Origin: Chrysomallon squamiferum
Taxonomy: Eukaryota > Animalia > Mollusca
DNA length: 64,000 nucleotides
NCBI GenBank assembly: GCA_012295275.1
Contig: CM022679.1
Location: forward strand, 20,770,001-20,834,000
Reading direction: 5' to 3'
Position 1 is the first letter of the stretch, and each line of letters opens with the position of its first letter. Positions 1-24,989 of the stretch are shown in pieces. Below the pieces are notes generated by a model. It had not been told where the DNA came from. It saw only the letters and a program-made list of their open reading frames with translations, and did no database searches. The translations under genes and the position numbers were made by a program.

Positions 1-84
1 GTTTTACTCGGATACGACCCTGGCTTACGTGTAAAGAATTTCTTTATTTTCGTTTCTGTTCCCTTCTTTTGCTTTAGCGGTGTA

Positions 85-1606
<1,522 letters not shown>

Positions 1607-1984
1607 TTATTATCTGCTTTATTATCTTACTTCATACGTTTGTAAAAACACCATTTCGCCAACAGTTCTTTCTTTAGTGTTAAAGAAAAAAAAAAAAAAC
1701 CAAACAATTATTTATTATATTTTTTACTTTTTTATTTTTTTATTTATGTTTTTCATTTTGTGTATAGTTTCGTTGTTATTTGGATATATATTATATTCTC
1801 TATATTTCTATATTACTATTATCTTACCATATTTTAATTAATCTGCTTTCCTTTGTTTTTTAATTTAAAATCTTAAGCATTAAATTACTGTTGTTTTATT
1901 TTTACATTTTATTTTTAAATTATTATCACTCAAAGCATTTCGTTGTCGTCGTTGTTGTTGGTTTCTGCATGTGATTTTAAATGT

Positions 1985-9980
<7,996 letters not shown>

Positions 9981-10499
9981 AACGATTGAAAATACGCATA
10001 TAGACGTACACTTACGTTTCTCCGCACCTCATTGTGATATATAGGTCATGTCAACAGAAAGGTCGAATGTACTAAATTGCTGTTTAGGTTTTAAATAAAT
10101 TTATGTTTGTAAACAAATAAAATAATTGAAATAGCAACAACAGCAGCGGCAGCAGTATTAATACCATATTAATAGTAATAATAAAAATTATAAAATGAAA
10201 TAAGAAACAGTAAAATAAAATAATTAAAATAACTATAGCCTGACCGGTAAAATAAATTACGAAGTTCCTTTCGCTAAATGCCGCATCTAGTTAATACGCA
10301 TGCGTAACAAAAATTAGGTTGGTTATGTTTAAGAACTCGAATAAGTCGACAGTATTTTTATTAACAGGGGTGACACTGTAAACTGAGTTGTATTGTTGTC
10401 TCTATATTATTTACCACTCAGAAAATGTACTGACATATTTTACTGATCGCTCATAAACAGCACTTACGTTAACAAAAATATATAAAAAAGCTTTTTTAC

Positions 10500-10539
<40 letters not shown>

Positions 10540-10554
10540 TGTCTTGTATTACTA

Positions 10555-11340
10555 CAGTGGTACCTTGACTTACGAGCTTAATTCGTTCCGTGACCGAGCT
10601 GGTATCTCAATTTTTTCGTATATCAAATCAATTTTCACAACTGAAATTAATTGAAATACTATTAATCCATTCCAGCCCCCCAAAACCACCCGAAATATTA
10701 TTATTAATATTATTATTATCATTTTTTTTTTTTTTTTTTTTTGATGTTTGTTTTGGAAAAAGAAAAATGTATTTATAAATGACAAAATAAAAGAGAATGT
10801 AAAGAAATAAATTGGTTTTGTCAAGTCTATTTATCTTGGAGATCATTATTTTAACGCCTTTGGTTGGAGTTACAGTCTATATCGACTCCTTCAGCTTCAA
10901 GATGGTACATATCGTAGAAGTACTACGATCGTACTGCCTAGCCAAGTCGACTACATACACACCTCGCTTATGTTTTTTCTATGAATTCAAGCTTTAATTC
11001 AATGGACATCATCCGCGTCTTCTTCTCAGCACTGTCCTTCGCACTCACTTTCTTAGGATCCATTGTCAGAAAAAAGAAATTTGGCAAAGTACTGCACAAA
11101 ACTCGAGCACAACACAACAGACATGATTCTGCGGCGAGGTAACCACGTGAAGTAAACGAGTGAGACTTGGGATGCTGGCCGGATGTTATGTTGTTCGTTG
11201 CACCAACTAGCGGCGGCGTATCTGAAGATCGCACGTAACTCGGATTTTGGCTCGCTTCTCAAAGCAAAAAATCGACCGGTTGACTGCTCGTAACACGAAA
11301 AACTCGTAAGTTGGGGCACTCGTAAATCGAGGTACCACTC
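10555..11340 (-). mobile_element. Non-autonomous, internally deleted Tigger/pogo DNA transposon
   Basis: TIRs CAGTGGTACCTTGACTTACGAG ... CTCGTAAATCGAGGTACCACTC with TA on both sides (10553-54, 11341-42). A minus-strand transposase N-terminus (HTH-psq) runs from ATG 11063: MDPKKVSAKDSAEKKTRMMSIELKLEFIEK, then a frameshift to HKRGVYVVDLARQYDRSTSTICTILK. No DDE domain is present. Confidence 0.9.
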
Positions 11341-14300
11341 TAGTTTTAGACGAGCACTTGTAGATTAGAGTGATATAGATAAATTTGTAAAGCAGCTTGC
11401 ATAGTATTGATTTAGCGTACTTTAGCTGAAATATGCCTCTGTCTATTGTAAACTGGAAGCACAGCAGCTAGTATTTACACTCGTATTCTTATGATCTTCC
11501 TGAATTAGAAATTGTTACGATAAGCCTGAATTAGGGTACATTATACACAATTCAGTACTTTTTCAATTAACTGCCCCCAGTAACAAACTGTATTTTCACG
11601 GAAGAGCGTGTGTAGTCAACCTCTCTCGGCGCTTCGGACCTTAGCGTATCATTCTATGGAAAGAAACTAAACGTATTCTGTTTACCTTCAAGTTATTTTA
11701 TGTTGTTTTGTTGTTCTTCATTTGTAACTAAATATAGCAACAATCGAGTACATTTTAAAAATATCTAGTCGCCATCAATTTCCTGTATCGTGACGTCATC
11801 GCGTTCAAGGCGGACCATTTTTCTGTAAAGTGATATCGTGATGTCAGACGAAATGTGACAACCAGTCTGTCGCGTGCGCAGCTATAGTGACTCCAGATGT
11901 TAAGAGATAAAATGGTGGCGTTCAAATATTTTATTGTCACACTTTGTAATTGGCAATGATATAATTATTCAAAAAATAGTGTTGAATAAAATAACAACTT
12001 GTAGCCATAAAGAACTATATTAGACAATTTATTCATACTGCCGTATTGCCTTTTATAATTAATTTTTACTCCTCCCATAATATGTCAAACTGTTGCAGTT
12101 AATGATAAAGTATAAATCACTGACTGTGAAAAGAAAAATCTAATGTTTAATTAAGACTGGAAAACTCGTTTCGTCCATTATTCAAATACCTGGGTTTCAC
12201 GTAAATTGATAAAGGAAATCCGCTACTGAAAAAATCTAACAATTCTGAAGTAGATCGATTTTGTAATTTGTCTCTGGAATGTGAGGTCTAAGTAAATAAA
12301 TACGCAGAAAGTAATAAAAGAATGAATGAATGAATTATTTAAATAAGTAATGAATATATAAATAAATAGAAACGTACCATTTACGCACTATAATTATGTA
12401 TATATAATAAACATATATTATTCATACGTATTTAGAAACACATACACATGCGTACATTCGTACATACATATATACGAACATAGATATAATATAATTTATA
12501 AAATATTTTCTAGTAATTTAGAATTAACCAGTCAAAATGCATTTTAGAACTTGAAACTGCAGCAGAATTATTATTATTATTATTATTATTATTATTTTTA
12601 ACTTCGGCGTCTAACAAATTTAAGTTAATAGTCATAACTATAACAGCTAATCTTATGTCAATACATGTTTATTTATTTATTTGTTTATTTATTGTCATAC
12701 TTCTAAAACAACAATAAAACGAAAATTAAAAAAAATACATACAGATTGAGATTAAAGAAATTATTCATTCATTTTAAATTCAAATTAACACAACACAAAG
12801 AACAACAGAAACAATAGCAGCAGCAGCATCAGCAATAACAACAACAACAACAACAACAACACTAATAAAAATAACAACAGCAAAGATAACAACAAAAAGG
12901 ATAAAAAAAAAAAGAAATCCCGTCAAGATTTCACGATGACCTCAGTAACAGTGTGATTATTGTATGGCTATTTGAATAACTTATGATGTTTACTGTCATT
13001 AAACGTTGCCATAGCGTAAAGAGGCAATCAGTTATAAAGAAAGGCAAAGTTTCATTCAAACAGCAAGTTTATTAGTTCCACCAGATTGGTTAACCATTCA
13101 TCAATAAATCTAGTGATTTATTGTTTAACGATTTCTCCAAATGTCGTTACCGTCGTTCCAACAAACAAAAATAAAAACAGTCACCGTAGTTTATCGTTAT
13201 CATTAGCAGCAGCATAAGCAGTGACGACAACGACAACGACAACGAACTTGATAAATAAATAATGAAAAGTACTATTTAAAAATATACAATGTACACAGAT
13301 ATATACATATATACACACTTATATATACATACATATATAATGCATACACATAAATACATGATCATACCTTTGTTTTATTTTATTTATTTTCTTTCTTTAT
13401 TTGGCTATTACTTAATTTATTTATTTCCTAAATTATATTATTTTATATTATATTTTATTTATTTATTTATTTATTTAATAAAATGAGCACAATTCACTCT
13501 AAACGATTTACGCAATGTCTGTATTCACTGGACCGTTTCGTCCCAAGTGATTTTCGTTAACCGTTTTGAAATCGATAAATCTATAACGAACTTGACGTTC
13601 ACTCAAAGATTCTCACCTACGCCGTTACTTTGTGCCCTACACAAATGTGGCATCTGGAAATTAAATACTAAAAGAACAATGTCCCAGGTTTTGATGTTCC
13701 CATGGCAACAGATTAACGGATGCAGGCGAGGAGTAGTCTTTGCATCAATGGCTTAATGGCAAATGCATTTATCAAATGCAACTTTGTCGACATGTACGGA
13801 TGTTTCCATCAAAGGAGATGTTAAGTTTTATTGTGAGCATAAAGATTGAAATTTGGATGTCACTTAGCTGAAAGCTATAAAAATAAAAAAAAAAATCATA
13901 ATAATAAAAATAATAAATTAAAAAATTAAAAAATTAATGTGACTATTGTTCAAAGCAAAAAGTTTGCAAGCAGTAAAAACATAACATTTTTATTCAAATT
14001 CTGAAACACAGTTTCATGTTAGGGAAAACAAAAATTCTAAATAAATTCTTATTCTTTTAGTTATTCTTTAAATGATGCAGGTGATGCAGAAATTAAATTA
14101 TAGTAGTTTGTGAAAGAGTTTTTAAAAAGAACATTCCCACCTTTTAAACGTACATTTTTTTTAATTTTTTTTTTTTTTTTTTAAATAGTTATAAACATTT
14201 AAGATTTCAGAGACGGCAGAAACAACTTTTATGCATCTGGTTATTAAATTACTTGTCAGAATTTGTTAAAGGGTTTTCAATACTAAATTTTATTAAAAAC

Positions 14301-15564
14301 ATACATCATCCATTAATCTAGCAGAACATTCTGATATAACAAATCGATTAGCTGCGATGAATTGAAAGTTTTTTTATTATACGATATTTATTTTAAATGG
14401 AACAGTCCATTTGTTTTTGAGTGATTATATAACCTATAGAAACAATCCAAAATAATTTTACATGTTGCAGTCACGTTACGTTAACATGGTACAAAGCGCA
14501 GTCGTTTTGAAAACACAATCACAGCCTACATCATAAATATTCATCGGCTCTTTGGAATATATTTGTTTTTCTCGAATATTTCATGGGACGCTAACTGTAA
14601 TCGACAAAACCTGCTATCAGATGATTACTGTAGTCGTTCTACAAAGTGCTGCTTAGTTCTGGCCAGGTGAAGAATTTGTTTGAAACAAGCCAAGCTAAAT
14701 GTATCAGAAAATTATTCTCGAGGGTTTTTTTTCTTCTTCTAACAACTGGAAAACGAGTAGCTGAATACTGTACGGATTCCTCTGAGGATTTGTTTAAATA
14801 AACAAACATTTCAGGAAGCGAATACAAGTATATCACACAAAAGTTCTTATTTGAATGAAATGACAAATTTATTTTTAATTACGGAAACGTAATATGCTTT
14901 AGCCAGATATGTTTGAATTATTAAGATAACAGCAAAGGTAGCCTGTGTTTTGCACACTCGGAAAATAAAATTTATCCTTTATGAGTGAAAAGGAACTGAA
15001 CGGTGAAATGTCCATATAATGTCTAGGATATAATTTGATTTCTATGGTATAACTTGCTGGAAAGAACTGTATGGAGGATTTCTAGAAATTCTAGAAAGAT
15101 ATTCAGTTTCCACTGCCTAATTTGTGAATTTTGTTTTATTCCTTTGGTGTATTCTAGAAATCATTTTAATAATATTCCATTCTTTGTGTGAAATGTCCGT
15201 CGTAAAGGAATTTTAGGAAATAATAGTATTGTTATTTGTGGGAAAATATTACTTTGAAATATTCAAGGAAATTTAAAAATATACTGTTACTTTTACTTAA
15301 GTTATAGAAAATTTACTGAAAACATAATTTTTGGAACATATTACTTCATTTAGCGTATCCGAAACATCCCGAAAACAGGCCTTGTATTGTTCAACTCAAA
15401 TTTCTACTGCGTGCTTTGAAATATCAACATTCTAAAATTCTTGGAAAATATTTCGTAGTGTAAAGAAAAATGTTGTGAATGATTTTTCAATGACTCAAGC
15501 AATTTGTTCTCGTAAATTACCTAAATTACTTTACCATCTTTGTGGAACTGTTCCGTAAACGAGA

Positions 15565-15842
15565 GGATGATTTAAACTTGTTTGTCAAAGACTACATTTC
15601 ACTAAACGACTGGACTTTTTAAACTTGGTTGTCTGCTAAAGTCTACATTTCACTAAATGGCTGGATGTTTTAAACATGTTTGTCTGCTAAAGTCTACATT
15701 TCACTAAACGACTGGATGTTTTAAACGTGTTTGATTGTTATAGACAATAAGTTCACTAAAGGACTCGATGTCTTAAACTAATTTGTCTGTTGAAGACTAC
15801 AGTTCGGTAAACGTGTGGATGTTTTAAAGTAAAAGACTACAA
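15565..15842. repeat. Degenerate 51-bp tandem repeat (~5.5 copies) directly upstream of the Ly6-like ATG
   Basis: Unit ~GGATGTTTTAAACATGTTTGTCTGCTAAAGTCTACATTTCACTAAACGACT. The core unit has stops in all three + frames. Confidence 0.85.
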
Positions 15843-15853
15843 CTGATGACAAT

Positions 15854-16069
15854 ATGCACGATCTCAGATTTCAAGTGGACATAACCCTTATTATTCTTGT
15901 TGGGGTTTGTATTCCAGGTGATTATATATATTTAATTAATTATAATAAAGATTAAATGTGTGACCAAATTACATTTTAATATATTTATGGTCATGTGTAA
16001 AGGCAATGTAGGTACTATGCAGGATTGTTTTGTATTTGCTATGAAACAAGTCCGTTAACAATAATAATA

Positions 16070-16113
<44 letters not shown>

Positions 16114-17806
16114 TTATGATGATATGATATTGAAGATTATGCTGATAATAAAAATAATGATGGTAATAATAATGATGATGACGATAACCATGATTATGGT
16201 GATAATATAAACAAATTAATTTCTATATGGTACTTCACTTGTTTTTATTTTGTCTTTTTTTCTTTCTTTCTTTCTGTATGTATGTAAGAACAACTATATT
16301 TATTTTATTTTTTTTTTTTTTTTTTTTAATTATTTCCTTGTTGTTTTTTTTATTCAGTAACGACGGCGGTGATTGCGTCACATAATGCTAATAACCTGAC
16401 CTGTTACGACTGTTCTGAAAACTTCAAGGTCATCTGGATTCCAGGCACCCCCTGTGAGTCTAATCTGACCGTCGTACCTTTGGCAATATGTCATTCTATG
16501 GACAAATACTGTAAGGTATGCACTCACTGCGTTTCCTTTGTGATTTGTTATAATATCATCGAAAGCGAAATTAAAAAATAAAATAACAATAATAATAATG
16601 ATGATGATGATGATGATGATGATAACGTGTTAAATAAACTTAAATGTAATCCGATTTGTTAGTTTTCGAGGCGTTCGTAATCCGAGGTCCCACTGTATAC
16701 AGTTCCAACAACTTTCTACAAGTAAATGTATTAATAGTGTTGAAGGCTGTGTAAAATGTTAACCATTATTAGCAAGGAGTCCTGTACCTGATAAGTAAAA
16801 TCTTATTTTCTGTTTATTTGTTTTAACTATTTAACCATGTAAGTCTTTATAACTATTTTTCATTAATTTGTTATCTTGAAGTGGTCATGACTATCTAACT
16901 TTACTGTTTTTATGTGCTATGCTTTGATCTCTGATGTCACAAGGGATGGTCACGAGTATAAAGTTTTAGTCTGTTAAGAGATTATTTTGCTTCAAATATT
17001 ACGTGACTTTAGTATTTATACTGTTAATAGCATTATTTTGATTCGGGTGTTTTCGGAAAACGATGAGCACTCTCTTGGTTTTCAGTTAGCGAAACTGAAT
17101 CGTTTTCGTTTTTATTTATTTATTTATTTATTATAATATTTGTTAATAATAATCATTCTTCTGTAAATGAATTTAATTCGCCCATAGTTTGATATTGTTG
17201 ATACCTACTAACGATAATTCCTCGCATTTTAATATTAATACTGTATTGATTATCGCTGGCCTTCCGATATTTACTAACAATGATTAATCTTCTTTCGATA
17301 TTCCTACTGATAATGACGATTACTTGGCTTTTAATGTTAATGGCTTTATATGTTAATTATTTTCTGAAATTTATACAATTAGTGATAAAAGTGTTCCTTC
17401 TAACTTACCTACATTCATAGAAACATACGTGTGGACCTACATACATACATAATTTTACACATACACACATACCTTCCTTATGCTTTTTTATTAATGGGCT
17501 ATTTAGTCTTCTTGCTGTTGTTTTGTTGTTGTTCATTTTGTTTGTTTTTTTGTGTGTGTATTTTCTTGCATTATTTTTCTTCTTCCATTTGTTTTATTTC
17601 CATTGCTTCTTTGTTATATTTTTACTTACTAGATTGCTTACTTATTTACTTATTTATTTTGTTTATTTGTTTGAGCTTTCTTTTAATATCAAAATTTAGT
17701 TTTTGGTTGGGATAAATTCATCTGCGAAAAAAAAAAATAAAAAAAAAAAAATAAATAAATAAATAAAGTATTCCTAATGTTTTTGGTTGTAAATTTATCT
17801 GCGAAA

Positions 17807-17863
<57 letters not shown>

Positions 17864-18864
17864 TAGTTAGTAAATAAATAAAGTATTTCTGATATTTTAT
17901 AACAAAGTTTACATCAGGTTACCGTCATGTAAATAATCTTTATTGTTATTGATTAGGCATTATCTGTCTCATTTGTAGAGTTATCGACTGCATAGCAATT
18001 ACAGCAAAAAGCAATCGGCTCTTTAGAAAAACAAAACTAGAAGAATGGACCAGATATAAGCGCCATTAGGTTTGTGAGGAAACGTGTGCTGGAATGCTGT
18101 TACATTTTTATACATCGATATCGAACACATTTTGCTAAATCTTGCAAATAAAATGCTGTCATGGTCATGAACACCTGCTTTGATTTATTGATTTATTAAT
18201 CACACTTCGGCTTTTAACTCATATTCTCATATTGACTAAGTTCTCGTCGATATCTCGAAGATCGGTTTTGGGGAAAAATGTCGAAATAATAATGTATTGT
18301 AAAACCTTTAAAACTGAAACAACAATAATATAGTAAAATTAATGGTAGTGGTAATAGCAGTAGTAGTAGCTGATGTTGTTGTAGTAGTCGTTGTAGCCGG
18401 AGTAGTAGTCGCAGTAGTATGTTGTTGTTTTTTTTTTTTTTTTTTTTTATGTATGTATGTATTTTTTATGAATATATCTATTTATTTGTGTTTATCTGTA
18501 TATGCGTCATGTGTGTTTAATTTATATATTTGTGGATGTAGTATATGTTTCAGTGTATTAATATTTTGTTGTACGTATTGCGTGTGTTAAATTTCCTTTG
18601 ATAAATATGAGAAAAAGTAAACAAAACGTGAATATTTATATTTTATTAAACTGCATTTTCATTCAGTTATCATTAAGAGATCGATATTTATTTTTATTCT
18701 TTGTACCTAGACTGGTGATTGATATGTGCCTCATGTTGTGACAATTTAAATAATTGATTACTTTAACAGTTAACAGTAAATAAACTGAAAATTACTGATT
18801 ATAAAAAAACACACCTAACTGACAGTAATTTTTACGTTAATGATCTCGCTCATTCAAGGTATCC

Positions 18865-18924
<60 letters not shown>

Positions 18925-18932
18925 TATTTATT

Positions 18933-18966
<34 letters not shown>

Positions 18967-20187
18967 CATACATAATCCATTTCATCTCACAGTTATTTGT
19001 TGAGTTCACCGCAGTCAACAATTCAAACGTTATTTATCTTGTATTTTTAGCTGGGTTTCATGTAAATGTATTTGTCACGAATTGTTTCAATTTAAAAATA
19101 AATAATAAGTAAGTAAGCAAGTAAGTTAGTAAATACAAATTATATACTTAAAATACAGCCAGGAGAATTTAAAAAAAAAAAAAGTAAGTTTGGTTTTTGG
19201 CTTCCTTTTTTCTATCTCCTTCTACTACTACAACTACTACTACTACTACGACTACTACTACTACTACTGCTACTATTTCTCATATGACATATCAAGCAAC
19301 TGATACCGTTACTATTATTATAACAACCACTTCAGCAGCAACGGCTATTACCACTACATGCACAATAAAAACTACAATTACTACGATTACGACTACTTCG
19401 ACTGTAATTAATAATGCACGTCTTTATTTTATATAGACGGGAATGCACATTTATCATAAGACCCTATGGAGTATACACTGCAATTATCATATTCTCTTCA
19501 GCAAGTATATCCCATTTGATTGTTTTGTCAGAGGCATGTTCTGTGTTTTCTAGTCAAAGGGAAGAAGTATATTAAAGCTGTAATCGATTCAGTTCAAAAT
19601 ACAGACGTAGCAAAATTTAACGTGCTAATCAAAGCGGGCTGATGTGAAGCACTTGTTCGAAGTATGGTTTCCCCGACCATTATATATAAGACACAGCTTG
19701 GATACCGCTGTTAACATTAAAATGTGCTTAGCTGTCGAAAATGGTCACTGATTCTTGTTTCTCAAAGTTTATTTATTTGTTTGTTTGTTTGTTTGTTTGT
19801 TTATTTTTAACATGCCATTAATTCTTAATTCACACCGTTTTTTTTTTTCATTAATTTATTTAAAATGTTATTGATTGTTCATTCAGACCCTTATTTATTT
19901 ATTTATATTTTTTATTTAATTATGTATTTATTTATTTCCACCAGGTTGAAAGGACGTCGGTGAAGGGGATGACAACTAGTGTAACAAGAGGTTGTGCTGA
20001 AGAATGCAGCTACGGCTGCAGGGTGCTGGGTTTCGGGGTCACTCAGCTGAAGTGCACTTCTTGCTGCAGTAAACCCGGATGTAACAATGGCAACAAAGCC
20101 GAGAGTGCGCATGTCTGTGACGCAATACACCGTGTACTGCTGGGACTCTGTACATACTTAACATTAAATCTTTTGCGTCAGCTGTAG
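15854..20187 (+). CDS. Ly6/uPAR three-finger (quiver/sleepless-like) protein with signal peptide and probable GPI anchor, 3 exons (15854-15917, 16358-16515, 19945-20187), 154 aa
   Basis: Hydrophobic leader (ITLIILVGVCIP), then LTCYDC...C...C....YCK|VER...RGC...C...C...CTSCC....CN (10-Cys LU pattern ending CCxxxxCN) and a hydrophobic C-terminal tail. Splice phases 1 and 0 are consistent. Confidence 0.88.
16660..16697. mobile_element. Solo pogo/Tigger-like TIR fragment
   Basis: TTCGTAATCCGAGGTCCCACTG-TA resembles the right end of the element at 10555-11340. Confidence 0.5.
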
Positions 20188-20243
20188 AACCATGTTCCTC
20201 TGTCTCTATAGAAGATTATTAATTAATTAATTAACATATTAAC

Positions 20244-20292
<49 letters not shown>

Positions 20293-22392
20293 AGTGTAAA
20301 TATAAATTTTGAATGATTTCAAGTTATTGTTTTAATTGTAGCTAAACAACGAGTGTTTGTTAATAATAAAATATAATATTCACATAACAAGTCACTAAAT
20401 TTACTTTTCACGACGATATCATTTTTGCTAAGATATATTAAAAAGAGAAAGAAAGAATAAAAACGAAAAATAATACAAACCTACAGTATGAATAAACGAT
20501 TAAACTTCCTAAATCATCATTCTGGATTTTTTCATTTCAAAGTTTCAAACGACGTCAGCTAAAAGGTGAATTCCACTCATTCACGCGGTCATGTTATTAA
20601 TTTTTAATTACTGGTTATTATTATTATTATTATTATTATTATTTTTTATTATATAATTGCATATATTTTGTGTCTGCATGTGTTATTGTTTTTGTACGTA
20701 CTTTCATACATAATAATTATAAACTGATTTTTACACTCTGATACGAATCAATACCGAAGACAATTGAGGTCTTTCGAGCGTCCTATTCCGAACAATTATT
20801 GGTGTGTGTGTGTCGTTTTTTTGTTGTTGTTGGCGGGATGAAAACAGCCTCATTACGTCATAAACAAAGCAACGTTATGAATAATTTGAGGTGGATTGTT
20901 ACTTATTTCCACTCGTGAAAGCGGTAAGGACTGTTCATTTTTCATTTGATTTAGATTTCTGTAATTAAATTTGGTTATTTTGAAATTATTAAATATGAAT
21001 ATTCCAAATCCAATTAAGGGAAAATGTAATTAACTTGTCAATAATGTAAACAGAAGGCTATCCTTTTTGTTTCTATTTTACAGTAAACAAGTTATTATTA
21101 CAGTAGGAATTGCACAGTAGGAATTCTTTACACCCACCCCCACACACACACACACACCCTTATATTGGATCCTTTTGAAAAGCTTCTGAAATGGAAGGTT
21201 AATAGCAGGGGTCGGAAGCCTCTTGGATAGAGGGGGACAGACTGCTATGCAGTGTTTTGGAAATCAAATGTATTTCACACATACACACACATACACCGAT
21301 CTCTCTTTCTCTCTCTCTCTATCCATTCTTCAAAAACGAAGTTAATGTAATAATTGGTGTCCAAGTGTTCATTTAGCGGGCCGACCCGCATCAGAAACAA
21401 ATTACACTTTTCAAAACAAGGAGTTTGTTTCCGTAATGTACAAAATAAATAAACATACCGTATATCAAGAACGCTTAATGTAATTATAAATTTAAGCTAA
21501 ATATAATAATTAAACCATTTTGATAAATGAAATTATTCTAAACATAAAGACCAATAATTTCTTTAAGTGAATAAATAATTATATTCAAACATCTACTAAC
21601 TACATCTTAAATAGTATCACAAACAACACAACAGCAACCAGTTTTAAAATCCCATGTTATAAAAATACAAGTTTGAAATAATGTTACTGTTAGCAGTCCA
21701 GTTATATTTTTAACTATAAATGACAGGCAAAGACAGTTAAAATTGAAATTTTATAGTTAAATATATATATATATTTTCTTCCTATTATTATTATTATTAT
21801 TAATGACTATTATCAACGAAAAAAATGTATTTGTATATTACTTTATAACCTGTAACACTTCTTTCATGCACAGTAAATATGAAATAATTTTAATTAATTT
21901 TTATTGGTACAATTAATGTAATTTAAAAATGCTTAACCCCAATGATGAGAGAAGATTGATAACCCAGAAATAGTAATAACTTTATATTTAATTAAAAACG
22001 AAATATAGATCGAATAAATATATATATATATTTAAAAAAATATTTAACATTCTTAGGAAAAAAAACAACCTGTGTATTATAGTGGAAGAAGATTTCAAAG
22101 AGCTGTACAATCTTCTGAAACACCCATCCATCCAGAAATAATGAGCCAAAAGGTATGACATTTAATAGATATGTATGTAAACTAACATTGATCTTAAACT
22201 TCTCGTCAAATTGCTTGGAAATATATATGTACAGTGATTTCATGAATGCATATTCCATTAGCTTTGTCGATATTATTTAACATTCACTCCTAGTCAAATT
22301 TGTTTCATCTTGAGAAACAGTAACAGTAAATTAGATATCGCCATTTGGACATTTTATTTTGTAGTCATTACTATTATTATTATTATTAATTG

Positions 22393-22447
<55 letters not shown>

Positions 22448-22815
22448 TTACTATTTTTGTAAGTTTTCACAAATGTCTTAATAAAATATAATGAAAGTCA
22501 TATTAATCACACTCGACGCAGATTATAGTCGACAGTAAAGGGAGATTACAATGTTAGATTCGTTTACCTAAAACTAATCTTAGTTAGTGAGGATTGAAAA
22601 AAAACCAAAGAAGCACATGAAGAATGATAAAGAATTAGATATAAATGGACATAGAAAAAGAAATAAAATATTTCGTTAATGATGCTTGTAGCTCGTTTTG
22701 AAACGTTAGGGTGGTCATTTGACATACCCAAATTCATTTACTTTATACACTCAGTGAAATTTGGTTTCAAATTGCGAAATATTTAGAGTTCTTTGGTGCT
22801 GATATAGATAAAAAG

Positions 22816-24501
22816 ATGCCAAAGTACAAAGGTAAAGTTCACAAGAAATTCCCTCCAACATGTGATACAATACACTCCACGGAAAGACCACTGCAGAAGT
22901 TTTTCAAATTAGTCAATAAGTCGGCATCTGGCTGGGAAGATCTTTTGGCTTGTTTGGATGATGATGAATCATCAGATGTAATGTTTAGAGATCAGTTTAG
23001 ATCACACTCCAACAGTTCCTATGTTTATGCCGAAATGGAATACACATCTACACCGTACTGTGCTAATGAGGAGCTGGGTCAAAGTAGCTTTTCTGAATCA
23101 CCACGTTTTAGTGAAGAATTCGCTAAAAGACCATTACTGACATTGCCAAATCCAGACAATGGAGAACAGTCAGAACATGTAGATCTTCCAGAACAAATCA
23201 CTTTGTTCACTTCTTCTAAATCAAAGACTCAGGTCTTTGACAAATCAGAACAAGCGGAACAAACTATATTATTAACAAATTCAGAAATGAAGCTGGAGAG
23301 ATGTGCAGATTATGTAGACTTTGAGCAAACACAACAAATTTATTCGCCAGAAAAAATAAATTCAGTCCTGCGGGCAGACTACATGAAGCAGATATATCCA
23401 ATCATTAAGGATTTTAAATGGTCAGAATATTTGAATAAAAGGTGTACGGATAGACAAAGATCTGAGGAAACTACAGACACAGATTCATCGGAACAAAAAA
23501 ATTCATTAATGCAATCAAACCAACTGGATAACATAAAGTCATATTTTCTAAACATCAGTTGGTCAGAGTTCTTCATGCCAAATAATGCAGACTCTGGGCA
23601 AACACGTCATACTGAATCAACAAAACGAACAGAATTAATCACGCAGTCAAACAAAGTGAACGAGAGATATCCGTATACTCAAATATTTCACTCCTTACAA
23701 TACTCGAAGGAAAGGCATTCAGATAATACAGGCGTCGAGCAAACACAAACATTAGATTCATCTGAAGAATCTGAGGAGTCGGACTACCAGGAAGAAAACG
23801 ACCCCTGTTCTCAGTTCTTGAGCAAGAAATATGGAGTCGGCGAAACCTCTGGCAAAACACAAACACAACAAACTGATGTGTTCATACATGTAAAACACCG
23901 AGAAGGAAGAGATGAAGACACACGAGACTGCAAGGAATCGAAAAACACTGCAATAAACGATAATGTAATGGATAATGAAAAAGTTTCTCTTTCCGAATCA
24001 CTCAGTTTTGGAGAAATAATACAAAGCTGTTCAGATCTAGATGACGTTCAAGATGAACTTTCACAGATGCTCAGAGGAAAAGGATTTACTTCCAGTGGTC
24101 TTGTAAGTACACTCGTATACAGACTGTTCTAAGAAACGATATTACTGAAAAGAAAGGGAACAGACTAAAGACACTAACTGCATTCAGTTCAATATTTAAA
24201 GTGCTTTTTCTTATTATTTTTTTTTATTTTTGCATGTTTCAGATGGACTAAAAAAGGAACAATTAAAAAAAAAACTGAAGTTACTGCTGTTCGAAATAAT
24301 ATTTTCCTTTGTATATTTATAGTATTGTAAATAAATCTTAAAGAGTACAAAAGTTTTGACAAAACTAACAAAAAGCATTCATGAATCACTGTTTAGTCTG
24401 ATCTCATTAAAATAATTAATTTCGAAATAAAATAGAGCCATAGAATAGTTTTCTTCTTGTTCTGTGATGATTTATATTCAAAAGAGGTAGCACTATAACA
24501 G

Positions 24502-24600
<99 letters not shown>

Positions 24601-24952
24601 GGACAACTGAAACAGTAATTCGTCACGAGCAGAGGTGATTATTACATCAAATTGTCTAGACACCCAAATTCATATTGCTAGTTATTATTATGTAGTATTT
24701 ATATTCAATATTAATTAATGATCTACTTTTTACTTATATTTTATAAAAATATATATATATATATATACTGAATAAATAAGAAACAATTATCAACAGAAAA
24801 TCAACAACAGTTTTGAGAAATAGTTTGTAAATAACATATTTATTTACGTTTTATTTATTTTTATATTTATTTATTTATTAAAATGTATTTATTTATTCAT
24901 TTAAATATAGTTATTGTTGTTGTTGTTATATTATTGTTGTTATTATTACTAC

Positions 24953-24989
<37 letters not shown>

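Noticed and set aside
19197-19436. Thr-rich mucin-like ORF in Ly6 intron 2
   Set aside because: Derived from (CTA)n repeats, has no convincing splice sites, and would interrupt the LU domain
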